Shown: positions 29,369 to 38,968 of the stretch, piece by piece | Numbering within the stretch: the first letter of the stretch is position 1 | Layout of the letters: the number at the start of each line of letters is the position of its first letter | Assembly (NCBI GenBank): GCA_964012805.1 | Contig: CAXGUD010000026.1 | Span: 1 to 48,260, forward strand | Length of the DNA stretch: 48,260 nt | Direction: 5' to 3' | DNA from: an uncultured Bacteriovoracaceae bacterium | GTDB lineage: Bacteria; Bdellovibrionota; Bacteriovoracia; Bacteriovoracales; Bacteriovoracaceae | The notes under the pieces: model-generated | The model's input: only the letters and a program-made list of their open reading frames with translations | What the model was told of the DNA's origin: nothing | Databases searched by the model: none | Made by a program: the position numbers and the translations under genes

Positions 29369-29506
29369 ATGTTAAGTCCCTTTTTGGGAGGTTTTTCTGT
29401 CTGCATATAGTTGAAAGAAATAGACACTTTAATTCATGGACTTTAGATTACTTAAATCGCTATTTAGGCACAAGAAATAAATGTATTTAAAATAGGATCT
29501 TTTAGG

Positions 29507-31336
29507 ATGAATCATTTTTGTAATTTAAGAATCATTAAACTTATAATTATGATCCTTTTATGTGTATCTTGTGGTGAACAACGTTTAATTTACCTCTTTG
29601 ATACAGATTTTAAAGAAGATGGAAACTTAAGCAACGTTATCGTTAATGATTTGAATTGGGTGGGTAGCAGTGACCCTAGGGTGGCATTGTTACTAATTCC
29701 AAAAAGTAGCTTATTCATGGGACGTTGTACTGGTTTTATGATTAGTGAAAAGTGGTTAATGACAAATAACCATTGTGTTAAAGATCAAAAAGAGGCCAGT
29801 GGTATAAAAGCCATTTTTGGTTACGACTCAAATAGTTCTTTCACTCCAGGCTTAAATAAACGGTCAGCAATATCGTGCGATAAAATTATAGCGACTGACA
29901 GTGAGCTTGATTTTTCAATCCTCGAATGTAATGGAAACCCGGGAAAAATATTTGGTTGGGTTTCTCTGGAAGAGCAACCTCCATCGATTGGGACTGCACT
30001 CTACATTATTCATCAAAATTGCGACTACTTTTCTAATGAAAATTGTTTTCCTACAAAAAAGAGGTCCATTGGAAAAGTTCTGGACAGTTCTCTATTCGGT
30101 GAAAAATTAGAAGAATCAGATAAATTTTTTCATGATGCAGATATTTTGCAAGGTTCATCAGGTGCTCCTATTTTTGATAAAAATTCAAAAAAGGTTATGG
30201 GACTTCTTAACGTTGAGTACAGAAGTGTTAATGATAATTACGATGGTCGCGGTCCTATGAATGGTGCTATTAAGATGTCATCAATTTTGGAATATTTAAA
30301 GAACGAATTTTTTCACCTTTACGAAGAATTATTTTCTAAAGGAAACGGAGCAAGATCTTTTTCTAAGGAAGATATAATCATTAAAGGTCGCTATGATTAC
30401 CCGGACTTTGGTAATCATTATACTTTTTCTCTGGAGCTTGAGTTAAAGTCTTTTAGAGACTTTAATAATATTTCTAAGGTTAATTATTCATTTTTTCAAA
30501 GAGGTCAATTAAGAGTCATTAAAGCATTAAATAGAAAGCATTCTTTTAAAAAAGTTTTTTCAGTACCAAATTCTATTTTTGAAGGGTTTATTGAAGTTTA
30601 TTTAAAGGATGGCAATAAAATAAAAAAAGAATTTCGGTTTCAAGCAAAAAATATGCTTCCTAATAGGAATGACCAAGGTTTTGAGCTTGATAAAATTTTT
30701 GTAGACTACAATATAGTTTACGATAAATTGATGGATCGCTTTATCTATTCGATCAAATTGTTAGGCCAGAGCAAAAGCCTCGAGGAAATAAAGTCTGTTA
30801 ACTACTCTCTTTTATCAGATCCAAATGCCAGAATAGATAAGGAGGAGGGCCCTTTCCACACAAGACTTGTTACGACTAAAAAAAGTCATACACTACTTAT
30901 CTTACTAAAATTAAAAAATGGTTCACTCGAAAAAAAAGAAATTCAATGTGATGTTCCTTATAAGATCCTAGAGGAGAGAAGGATCTATAAAGAAAAGGAA
31001 AACCAATCTTCAATCAAGGTAGGGGTCAGGGTAAAAAAAGATCAAGGTCTTCTTTATTTTTTTGAGCGACCTGTATTTAAATTTATGGTTTATTTAAATG
31101 CATCAAAAAGACATCTTTCAGAAATAGAACGCGTCGATTACTTCTTTAAGGATTCATGGGATCACAGGGAGCGAAAAATAACTTCCTTTCGTAGTGATTT
31201 TAAATTTAGAACACGAGTCTTTAGTACTCTTAATAGATCTCTATTAATTTATAAGACAATGATTACTTTTAAGAATGGTAGAGAAAGGGTTCTTAAAGGG
31301 GTCAGTCTAAGCGATTTTAAAGACTTTCCCCTTTAG
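29507..31336 (+). CDS. Lipoprotein trypsin-like serine protease with three C-terminal beta-sandwich (pYEATS-like) repeats
   Basis: VSCG lipobox; CTGF, TNNHC, LDFS, GSSGAP catalytic triad motifs. Confidence 0.85.
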   Translation: MNHFCNLRIIKLIIMILLCVSCGEQRLIYLFDTDFKEDGNLSNVIVNDLNWVGSSDPRVALLLIPKSSLFMGRCTGFMISEKWLMTNNHCVKDQKEASGIKAIFGYDSNSSFTPGLNKRSAISCDKIIATDSELDFSILECNGNPGKIFGWVSLEEQPPSIGTALYIIHQNCDYFSNENCFPTKKRSIGKVLDSSLFGEKLEESDKFFHDADILQGSSGAPIFDKNSKKVMGLLNVEYRSVNDNYDGRGPMNGAIKMSSILEYLKNEFFHLYEELFSKGNGARSFSKEDIIIKGRYDYPDFGNHYTFSLELELKSFRDFNNISKVNYSFFQRGQLRVIKALNRKHSFKKVFSVPNSIFEGFIEVYLKDGNKIKKEFRFQAKNMLPNRNDQGFELDKIFVDYNIVYDKLMDRFIYSIKLLGQSKSLEEIKSVNYSLLSDPNARIDKEEGPFHTRLVTTKKSHTLLILLKLKNGSLEKKEIQCDVPYKILEERRIYKEKENQSSIKVGVRVKKDQGLLYFFERPVFKFMVYLNASKRHLSEIERVDYFFKDSWDHRERKITSFRSDFKFRTRVFSTLNRSLLIYKTMITFKNGRERVLKGVSLSDFKDFPL

Positions 31337-31362
31337 AAAAGGAGGTAACTTTTTTAGTTAAA

Positions 31363-32328
31363 TTAGAGAAGAATAACCATTCCAAAGTTGATAGACCTCA
31401 TTTTCGCTTTTTTAATAAGGTCAACGTGGTTTTGAAACTCTACGTTTGGTGATGCTGCTGAATCCCCTTGCTGCCAAGAGTAATTAACAAAAGCATTCAG
31501 GCCCATAGATTCATTAAAGTAATATTCAGTGCCTACTCTTAATCCCCAAAATAATGAGTCAAAAGAAACTTTCATTGGGCTACTATAATAACCAGCTTCA
31601 TTTAGGCTCATATCTTTTTTAAGGCTCATTTGATTTAGGCCAATATTCACACCCAAATATGGTCTCAAGTTGTTTTTTGAAATGATAAAGATCTTAGGAC
31701 CAATTTCAAGTCCAAGTTTGCTTAATTTTGTCCCTCTAAGGTCATTCCAGCTATGTGTTTCTAAAGAATCTGGGAGGTTTACGTTAAAGTAGTTTAGCCC
31801 TATGGATACGGACAAAAAAGGATTAACTGCTGTTTCAAGGTTCCCTCCAATAACCATATCACTTTGGTATTCGCCGAGGGATCCTTTTAAATGTGATACG
31901 CCGAAATAGGGAGAGAATTTCATTCTGCTTAGAAAAGGATTTGGTGTTGCAAAGTAAGGCCCTTCTTTTTCTTCATCTAAAGGGTAATTTTGATGAATTG
32001 CAGTTGAGACATTTGTTGTGCGAACTCTAAATCCGTTTTGATCACCTTTGATGTTTCTGAAAGCCTTTTTTATTTTGCCTGAAAGCTTCCTCTCTTCGCC
32101 TAGGCGGATATTTTCGATTTCATTCTTTATAGTTCTGTCGTTTCTTGCCTCTAGCTTTTTTCTCTGGCCTCTATAATCGTTAGAGTATCGATGACCCCTT
32201 TCTTTTCTCTGTTTGCCTACCTCAATGGGTGAAGAGGTGTATGTGTAGGTCTTATAGTTACCGTGGGAGTTTTCGGAAAAAATAATAAATGCAAGGGATA
32301 AGGAAAGGAATAATCTCAAGTTGTTCAT
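31363..32328 (-). CDS. Outer-membrane beta-barrel protein (OmpA/OmpW-like 8-strand)
   Basis: Signal peptide; amphipathic strands, RPYLGVNIG, GTEYYF. Confidence 0.75.
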   Translation of the reverse strand: MNNLRLFLSLSLAFIIFSENSHGNYKTYTYTSSPIEVGKQRKERGHRYSNDYRGQRKKLEARNDRTIKNEIENIRLGEERKLSGKIKKAFRNIKGDQNGFRVRTTNVSTAIHQNYPLDEEKEGPYFATPNPFLSRMKFSPYFGVSHLKGSLGEYQSDMVIGGNLETAVNPFLSVSIGLNYFNVNLPDSLETHSWNDLRGTKLSKLGLEIGPKIFIISKNNLRPYLGVNIGLNQMSLKKDMSLNEAGYYSSPMKVSFDSLFWGLRVGTEYYFNESMGLNAFVNYSWQQGDSAASPNVEFQNHVDLIKKAKMRSINFGMVILL

Positions 32329-32673
32329 AGGAATATTCTCTCTTAGATAAATTTTGAATTATTAGTTTTTTAACTTATAGTGTTGCTTTCTTATCTCCAA
32401 CTATAAGTCTTGTGACCAGTATGGAGGAATTAATGGGAAATTTAATGTCATGAGTTTCATAAGAAAGAAACAAAAAAATGATGGATTTCAGCCAAAGTTT
32501 ACAAAATAAGTTGATATTAAACATAAATTTTATTTATCTTTTGGGTTTCGGTGTAATGTATTATTTTTAGTCAACTGTTTAAACTTTATCCACTTCCTTG
32601 ATACTTTTTAAAATGCTTGTTTTCTCTGTAGAGTAATTTCAACATTTTGTTAGCCTTTGCGCTTTGTGTCTTC

Positions 32674-32691
32674 TTGGCATGGGAATTGCTT
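32674..32691 (+). promoter_or_regulatory. Sigma54 (-24/-12) promoter
   Basis: TTGGCATGGGAATTGCTT: GG-N10-GC with consensus flanks, about 60 bp upstream of ATG 32753. Confidence 0.75.
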
Positions 32692-32752
32692 ATAAAGAGG
32701 CAAACGATCATTGATGATTCATTAGGAAATCATCAAACGCAGGGGGAAATCT

Positions 32753-33553
32753 ATGAAACAATGGATGAAATTAGGACTTATAGCGTCCATATTAACAGCA
32801 TCAACAGGTGCATACTCTTTTCTAGAAGACTCTTATCATCAAGAAGATTCTTATGAAAATGATAGAGTTGAAAGGTCTTACGAAAGTTCTTATGACCACT
32901 ACGAAAATGAGGATAGCTTTGAAGAAAGGCCTTCTGAAGTAGAAAAGAGGATCATTAGAAGAAAAAGAAGAAATGTTTTCAGACCAAGAGTGAAAAGTAG
33001 AGTAAGACTTGAACAAGTCGAGACTAAAGTAGTTTTAGAAGACGAAAAAGTTTTGAAAACAAAGAACTTCTACACAAGTCCCGTAGGAGCGGTTTTTGGC
33101 TCTTTTGAACTAGGTGCCGATTTCAAATTAACAAGAAAAACTTCTTGGGGTTTAAAGACTTCATTTTTAAATTCATCAATTGAGAACTCAGAAAGTGGAG
33201 ACATTACCGATCTAATCGGACAATCGGTTGGTTTAAGATACAACCTTTTCTTTAATGGACCGGCTTTCACTGATAGTTTCATTCTCCAGACAGAAGTTGG
33301 AATGATGAGAATAGACGCTACAAACCTAACAAAATTTGAAAACAATGACCTGAGCGGAATTACTAAAAAGTCATCTTTTTATGGAAATTTAGGAGTTGGT
33401 TATGGATGGTTTTGGAATAAGTTTAACATTCAGGTTTTAGGTGGGGTTCAGTATTTCTCAGAAGAACTAACACCTGAGGTTAAGCACGCTTTACTTCCTG
33501 GAGAAGAAGGTGTTCTTCCTTGGATGGGACTAAACCTTGGTGTTTCACTATAA
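32753..33553 (+). CDS. Outer-membrane beta-barrel protein (DUF3575-like) with acidic/basic N-terminal extension
   Basis: Signal peptide; alternating strands, GVGYGWFW, C-terminal GLNLGVSL. Confidence 0.75.
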   Translation: MKQWMKLGLIASILTASTGAYSFLEDSYHQEDSYENDRVERSYESSYDHYENEDSFEERPSEVEKRIIRRKRRNVFRPRVKSRVRLEQVETKVVLEDEKVLKTKNFYTSPVGAVFGSFELGADFKLTRKTSWGLKTSFLNSSIENSESGDITDLIGQSVGLRYNLFFNGPAFTDSFILQTEVGMMRIDATNLTKFENNDLSGITKKSSFYGNLGVGYGWFWNKFNIQVLGGVQYFSEELTPEVKHALLPGEEGVLPWMGLNLGVSL

Positions 33554-33570
33554 TTAAAAGATAAAATAAA

Positions 33571-33626
33571 AAAATAAGAAATAAAAAAAGGGTGTCATAG
33601 AACACCCTTTTTTTATTTCTTATTTT
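33571..33626. terminator. Bidirectional terminator, 25-bp perfect inverted repeat
   Basis: Arms 33571-33595 and 33602-33626 are exact reverse complements with a 6-nt loop; lies between convergent genes. Confidence 0.88.
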
Positions 33627-33645
33627 GTCTTTGTAAATGCAAAGT

Positions 33646-34131
33646 TTAATAAGTTTTTTTAGTATTTCTACCAGCAGGTTTTCTGTTTTGGAAAGATTTT
33701 TTTCCTGCTCTATCACCATTTCTATTGTCTGTTCTACCTCTTGAATCTCTTTTTCCTTGAGGATCATTTGGTGTTTCACCCTGGTTGGGAATATGTTTAA
33801 CTGTTCGACCAAAATAGCGCCTGTACATTCTTTGTTTAGAGCTCTCACTTTGAGCAGTTCTTCTTAGATCATCTGGTATCATATGTTTGTCAGCACAGGA
33901 AACACAGATCCATTTGGCGTGCAGAATAGCTGGATTTTTATGCTCAAAAAGCTCAACATCGGGAAGAATCATCCTACAAACATCACAAGTTGTTCTCTGC
34001 TTGTGATGGGTGTGAGTCTTTTTTCTAGGTTGGTAAGTTTTCTCTTCCCTCTTTTTAAAAGTTCTTTTTGGCTTCTCAGGCTTATTAGTTGCCTTAAAAC
34101 CAGCTTTCTCTAGAGCATCTTTTAGGCTCAT
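33646..34131 (-). CDS. Basic hypothetical protein with CxxC...CxxC zinc-finger motif
   Basis: CDVC and CVSC; N-terminal SLKDALEKAG; disordered basic tail. Confidence 0.75.
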   Translation of the reverse strand: MSLKDALEKAGFKATNKPEKPKRTFKKREEKTYQPRKKTHTHHKQRTTCDVCRMILPDVELFEHKNPAILHAKWICVSCADKHMIPDDLRRTAQSESSKQRMYRRYFGRTVKHIPNQGETPNDPQGKRDSRGRTDNRNGDRAGKKSFQNRKPAGRNTKKTY

Positions 34132-34268
34132 AACGGCACTTTCCCCTATAGCTCAATATAGAGCTGACTGTTAGAATTTTAGTTCAAATTAGTGATGCAT
34201 CTTAATATATGGAACTAATTTTGCCAACTTCAGACGCCCACTAAGTCGAACATAATAGCTGGAAAATG

Positions 34269-35630
34269 CTACCTCCTAACATGATATGCTTTGGGCTGGC
34301 AAAAGGCTTGGATTCCTAAAAATGATAAAGTTGACCCTAAGCCAGAGTTTTTTCTACCAGACCACGGAAGAAATGGTGACACTCTGTCACAGCAATTGAG
34401 ATAGCCGGTTCCTGAATTCACCTTTTTCAGGATAGAGCGTCCTCTTTCTTCATTAGAACAATAGACGCTTGATGTTAAGCCATAGGGTGTGTCATTCATA
34501 AGTTCGATTGCCTCTGAGTCGCTTTCGACCATCTGAACTCCAATGACAGGACCGAAGCTTTCTTCTTTCATGATATTCATTGAATGATCAACATTTTTGA
34601 GAATTGTTGGTTTGAAAAAATAACCTGGGCCCTTGGGAACTTCTCCTTCGAAGAGGATTTTGGCACCTTTATTAATGGCATCTTCAACCTGTGCTTTAAG
34701 AAATCCAACCTGGTCCTTTCTTGTAAGGGGTCCTTGAGTTGTTTCTGGCAAAAGAGGGTCTCCAACTTTAAGCTTTTGGGCAGCGCTTTTGAATTCATCT
34801 AAAAAGGTGTTGGCCACATCTTTCTGGACATAAACTCTTTCGACTGAACAACAACTTTGACCGTTATTATAAAACGCTCCTTCTAAGACGGAGCCTGCTA
34901 CCTGAGCGGTATCTTTGATTTCATTTGTGACATAAAGAGGGTCTTTGCCACCAAGTTCAAGGCCTACTGGAATGAGATGCTTGGAAACTTCATTGTGTAT
35001 ACTAAGGCCTGTTTTATAAGAACCAGTAAAGAAGATACCATCTAAGGGAAGGTTCAATAGCTCTTGTCCGACGGTCCTTTCCCCGATGGCAACGCCAAAA
35101 GAATTTTGGGGAAGGCCTATATCATTGAAGATTCTCTTTATTTCTAGCGCTGTTAGAGAAGTGTACTCAGAAGGTTTGTAAAGAACCGTATTACCGCAAA
35201 TAAGACCTGGAATAAAGACGTTAACACCAATAAGATAAGGATAATTCCAAGCTGAAATATTCCCAATAACTCCTAAAGGCTCAAACTCTATTTCCTCTCC
35301 CATGCTCCCACTTTTTGAAAGATTTAAGGATTTTAAAGTTTCTTCCGAGTTTTTTAAAAAAAATTTTATTCTTGAATTGGCCCCTCTAATTTCATTAATC
35401 GATTCGTTGAGAGGTTTCCCCATTTCTTTTGTCAAAACTTCAGCGCAATGTTTTTCTCTCTTTTTTAGTTCCTCGGAAAATTTTCGAATATATTCAAGCC
35501 TCTCTTTTAAAGGAAATTCTGCCCAAATGGGTTGGTAATTTTTTAAAGATTGAAATGTTTCCTTTAATTCCTGGGGGCTTGTTTCGGAAACATCGAACTC
35601 TTCTTCAGTGGTTGGGTTTTTGCACTTCAT
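34269..35630 (-). CDS. Aldehyde dehydrogenase
   Basis: AWNYP, KPSE, FTGS, LELGGKDP, NGQSCCS, EESFGPV. Confidence 0.96.
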   Translation of the reverse strand: MKCKNPTTEEEFDVSETSPQELKETFQSLKNYQPIWAEFPLKERLEYIRKFSEELKKREKHCAEVLTKEMGKPLNESINEIRGANSRIKFFLKNSEETLKSLNLSKSGSMGEEIEFEPLGVIGNISAWNYPYLIGVNVFIPGLICGNTVLYKPSEYTSLTALEIKRIFNDIGLPQNSFGVAIGERTVGQELLNLPLDGIFFTGSYKTGLSIHNEVSKHLIPVGLELGGKDPLYVTNEIKDTAQVAGSVLEGAFYNNGQSCCSVERVYVQKDVANTFLDEFKSAAQKLKVGDPLLPETTQGPLTRKDQVGFLKAQVEDAINKGAKILFEGEVPKGPGYFFKPTILKNVDHSMNIMKEESFGPVIGVQMVESDSEAIELMNDTPYGLTSSVYCSNEERGRSILKKVNSGTGYLNCCDRVSPFLPWSGRKNSGLGSTLSFLGIQAFCQPKAYHVRR

Positions 35631-36397
35631 TCGCTTTTCCTTTTTCTTAGCGCTTCTGCTTTTTCTAGAAAACTTTGGAGAATGGGGGTAGGGTCAATGA
35701 CCTCATCTTTTAGTGTTTCAGAAAACTCCGGGTGCCACTGAACGCCAAGTATATAAGATTCTTCAAACTTCTCGTAACTGATGGCCTCCACTAATTTATC
35801 AACAGGGCAAATGGCTTCAACTTTAAGGTTCTTGCCAAGTTTCTTTACACCTTGGTGGTGAACAGAATTAACTGTGACATCTTGCTTTCCATCGTATAGA
35901 GAAGAGAGAACACCCTCTTTTGAAAGAGAAATGGGGTGTTTGACTTTATCATACTGTTCCTGACTTCTGTGGACGAGAGGCGTTTTTGTTTCCAATATGA
36001 GGTCTTGATAGAGAGTACCCTTGAAAAAGACATTGATAAGTTGCATACCTCTACAAATTCCCAAAACAGGCTTTTTATTCTTGTAGGCAAAGTCGAGAAC
36101 TTTAAGTTCAAATTTATCTCTATAGGGGTCTCCAGGCCAACGTTCTTTATCAACGGGCTCTTCACCATAAGTAGTGGGACAAATATCGCTGCCACCTTGG
36201 AAAATAAAGCCATCCAGTTGTTCTAAAAACCTTTCGAGGTGTGGTCCTTTTAAGTCTGGGATAAGAATAGGCATACACCCCGCTGATCCAACGTAAGAGG
36301 CCATATCTTTTTCTATATAAACGAGAGACTTCTTACTAAAGACTTTTCTTTCTGGGTCTGGATAAAGAAAGCATGGAGTTAGTCCAATTTTAAGCAT
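35627..36397 (-). CDS. Gamma-glutamyl-gamma-aminobutyrate hydrolase family (peptidase C26, PuuD-like)
   Basis: GGSD, LGICRGMQ, VNSVHHQG, GVQWHPE. Confidence 0.94.
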   Translation of the reverse strand: MLKIGLTPCFLYPDPERKVFSKKSLVYIEKDMASYVGSAGCMPILIPDLKGPHLERFLEQLDGFIFQGGSDICPTTYGEEPVDKERWPGDPYRDKFELKVLDFAYKNKKPVLGICRGMQLINVFFKGTLYQDLILETKTPLVHRSQEQYDKVKHPISLSKEGVLSSLYDGKQDVTVNSVHHQGVKKLGKNLKVEAICPVDKLVEAISYEKFEESYILGVQWHPEFSETLKDEVIDPTPILQSFLEKAEALRKRKSE

Positions 36398-36399
36398 TT

Positions 36400-37560
36400 T
36401 TACTTCTCCCCATGAAGTGCATTTTTATAGATTATTCTAAAATCAAATTCTGTTACAGTTTTAGGGTTTGATTGATGGCACACATCTTTATGAGCAAGTG
36501 CCGCAAGCTTTTCAATATCATTTTCCTTAATACCTTGACTAGAAAGTGAGTGCGGGAGACCTAGCTTTTGATTGAGTTCAGAAATGAAATTAATGAATCC
36601 TCCCGATGATGAGTCCTCTAGTTGAATATGCTTCGAGAGGAATTCAAACTTTTCTTTGCAGCTATTAAGGTTAAATTCTAAACCATATTTTAGCATAATA
36701 GCATTTGCCAGGCCATGATGAAGGTCAAAAACAGTGGACAGCGGATGGGCCGTGGAGTGAACGACTCCTAGTCCCTTTTGAAAAGCTGTAGCACCTATTA
36801 GGGCGGCCATCATCATTTTACTTTGGGCCTCTAGAGAAGGTCTATGAGTTGCTTCTTCCAGAGACTCTTTTATGAGTTTAATCCCTTCAAGGGCCAAACC
36901 GTCACAGAGAGGGTTAAAGCCTTTCGCTAAAAATGCTTCTATATTGTGTGTTAGAGCATCCATTCCCGTTGCTGCAGTAACATGGAAGGGGAGATCCAAT
37001 GTAAGTTCAGGGTCTGCAAAAACAGCTTTTGCCATAAGTCTTGGAGAAAAAAGAATCTTTTTTTCTTTTGTTTCATTATCAGAGATGACAGTACTTCTCC
37101 CAACTTCACTTCCTGTGCCACTTGTTGTGGGAATGGTCACAAAATAAGGAATATTTTCAGTGACATGTTTGTCTCCACCTATAGAGTCTTCAAAATCGAA
37201 GAGGTCTCGTTCATGATAGGCTTTAAGGGCTATCGCCCTTGCCACGTCCATGGATGCCCCTCCGCCAAGACCTATAATGGAGTCACACTTCTGATCGTGA
37301 TAGTTTTTCACACCAGATAAAACATCTGACTTGATGGGGTTTTTGTGAATTTCGTGATGGCCTACGGGTTTTAGGCCCTCTTTTTCCAGAGTTTTAAAAA
37401 TTTTTGAAAACAGAGGAAGTTTAGAAAGCCCCTCATCGGTAACTAGTAAGGGGTTCTTAAGACCCTGATTTTTTAGATGCTCGCCTAGTTTTTCGACTAT
37501 TCCGGGACCGAAAAAGATTTCAGTAGGAAAATGATAATTATAATGCTCATTCCAGTTCAT
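36400..37560 (-). CDS. Iron-containing alcohol dehydrogenase
   Basis: GLGGGASMD, IPTTSGTGSE, GMDALTHNIE, H..AH, HHGLAN. Confidence 0.95.
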   Translation of the reverse strand: MNWNEHYNYHFPTEIFFGPGIVEKLGEHLKNQGLKNPLLVTDEGLSKLPLFSKIFKTLEKEGLKPVGHHEIHKNPIKSDVLSGVKNYHDQKCDSIIGLGGGASMDVARAIALKAYHERDLFDFEDSIGGDKHVTENIPYFVTIPTTSGTGSEVGRSTVISDNETKEKKILFSPRLMAKAVFADPELTLDLPFHVTAATGMDALTHNIEAFLAKGFNPLCDGLALEGIKLIKESLEEATHRPSLEAQSKMMMAALIGATAFQKGLGVVHSTAHPLSTVFDLHHGLANAIMLKYGLEFNLNSCKEKFEFLSKHIQLEDSSSGGFINFISELNQKLGLPHSLSSQGIKENDIEKLAALAHKDVCHQSNPKTVTEFDFRIIYKNALHGEK

Positions 37561-37583
37561 TTATAATTCCCTTTAGAATGTTT

Positions 37584-38945
37584 TTAAATGATTTCAAAAT
37601 ACCTTTTCAGCTCCCAGTCTGAAACAGAGTTTAAATGCTCATTCCATTCCCATTCTCTGGATTTTGTAAAGTGCCTAACAAAGTTTTCTCCAAAGAGCTC
37701 AACTGCTAGTTTAGAGCTTTTCATTTTTTGGGTTGCTTCCCCGAGGTGCCTGGAAAGGGTTCCATTTTGTGTATTTGTATAACCATTTCCTTGAGTTGCC
37801 GGTGTTTTTAGGGGGATTTTATTTTTTATTCCATAGAGACCCGAAGCCAAGGAAGCTGCCATGGCAAGATAGGGGTTGGCGTCTGAGCCAGGAACTCTCA
37901 TTTCCAGGCGAGTGGCCTTTGAGGACCCTGGAATGGCCCTTAGAGCACAGGTCCTATTATCTATCCCCCATGTCAATGTTGTTGGTGCCCAAGCACCTTC
38001 TGTGAGCCTCTTATAGCTGTTTATTGTGGGGGCATAAAGAGGAAGAATTTCAGGCAAGCAATGAAGAACTCCTGCAATATAGTGCTCCATTATGGGGCTC
38101 ATTTTGTTTGGTTTATTAGGGTCAAAAAAGATATTTTTATCATCTTTCCAAAGGCTTTGGTGAAGGTGTCCGCTACACCCAGGGTAATCATCACTCCATT
38201 TTGCCATAAAGGAAGGAATAATACCGTGAAAATGGCCTATTTCTTTAAGACCTGTTTTAAAGAGGATGGCCCTATCAGCTGCTTCCAAGACATCATTATA
38301 AAGAATCGCCGCTTCATAAACTCCAGGGCCTGTTTCTGTATGAATTCCTTCAAGAGGAACCTTAAAGAGCCCCATGAGGTCGAAAATATCGTTAATAAAT
38401 TCTCTGTTTCTGCTTGCCCGAATCAGGGAGTATCCAAACATTCCACGAGTGATTGGCTTTGGATCATGAAAGCCTGCATCGTTGATATCCTCAGAGTTTT
38501 CTCTAAAATTAAACCATTCAAACTCTTGAGCGAATTGTGGAGAATAGCCGAGATCAGTAGCTTCTTTTTTAATTTTCTTAAGAAGTCCTCTTGGACAAAT
38601 ATTAAGTGACTTACCATCGTTGTCCGTTAGATCTGCGAGAAAAAAAGGAACGTCATCGTCCCAAGGTACAGTTCTATAAGTTGAAAGATCTATTCTTGCA
38701 GGGTTGTCGGGATATCCTGTGTGCCAACCTGTAAAATCAGATTCATCTCCATTTTCATAGCATTTGTCATTGATATCCCAACCCAGGATCACATCACAAA
38801 AACCAAAGCCACTTTGAAGAGCAGATTTAAATTTATTGATGTGAATATATTTACCTCTTAAAATGCCATCTATATCACTGACGGCCAATTTAATTTTGTT
38901 AATTGAGGAATCTTCAAATTCTTTTAAAATGTCATTTTGATCCAT
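37584..38945 (-). CDS. Glutamine synthetase-like gamma-glutamyl ligase
   Basis: DIDGILRGK, EFEW, HTETGPGVYE, GCSGHLHQS, NSYKRL, DNRT, RLEMRVPG; catabolic context. Confidence 0.92.
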   Translation of the reverse strand: MDQNDILKEFEDSSINKIKLAVSDIDGILRGKYIHINKFKSALQSGFGFCDVILGWDINDKCYENGDESDFTGWHTGYPDNPARIDLSTYRTVPWDDDVPFFLADLTDNDGKSLNICPRGLLKKIKKEATDLGYSPQFAQEFEWFNFRENSEDINDAGFHDPKPITRGMFGYSLIRASRNREFINDIFDLMGLFKVPLEGIHTETGPGVYEAAILYNDVLEAADRAILFKTGLKEIGHFHGIIPSFMAKWSDDYPGCSGHLHQSLWKDDKNIFFDPNKPNKMSPIMEHYIAGVLHCLPEILPLYAPTINSYKRLTEGAWAPTTLTWGIDNRTCALRAIPGSSKATRLEMRVPGSDANPYLAMAASLASGLYGIKNKIPLKTPATQGNGYTNTQNGTLSRHLGEATQKMKSSKLAVELFGENFVRHFTKSREWEWNEHLNSVSDWELKRYFEII

Positions 38946-38968
38946 TTTTTGATCCTTTTTTTTTAAAT

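Noticed and set aside
18357..31336. Histone tail plus YEATS-like reader as one chromatin system
   Set aside because: The genes are 11 kb apart, the YEATS-like repeats sit on a predicted exported lipoprotein, and they lack the acyl-lysine cage motifs
37584..38945. Housekeeping glnA
   Set aside because: Context with C26 hydrolase, dehydrogenases and amine permease indicates a catabolic gamma-glutamyl ligase
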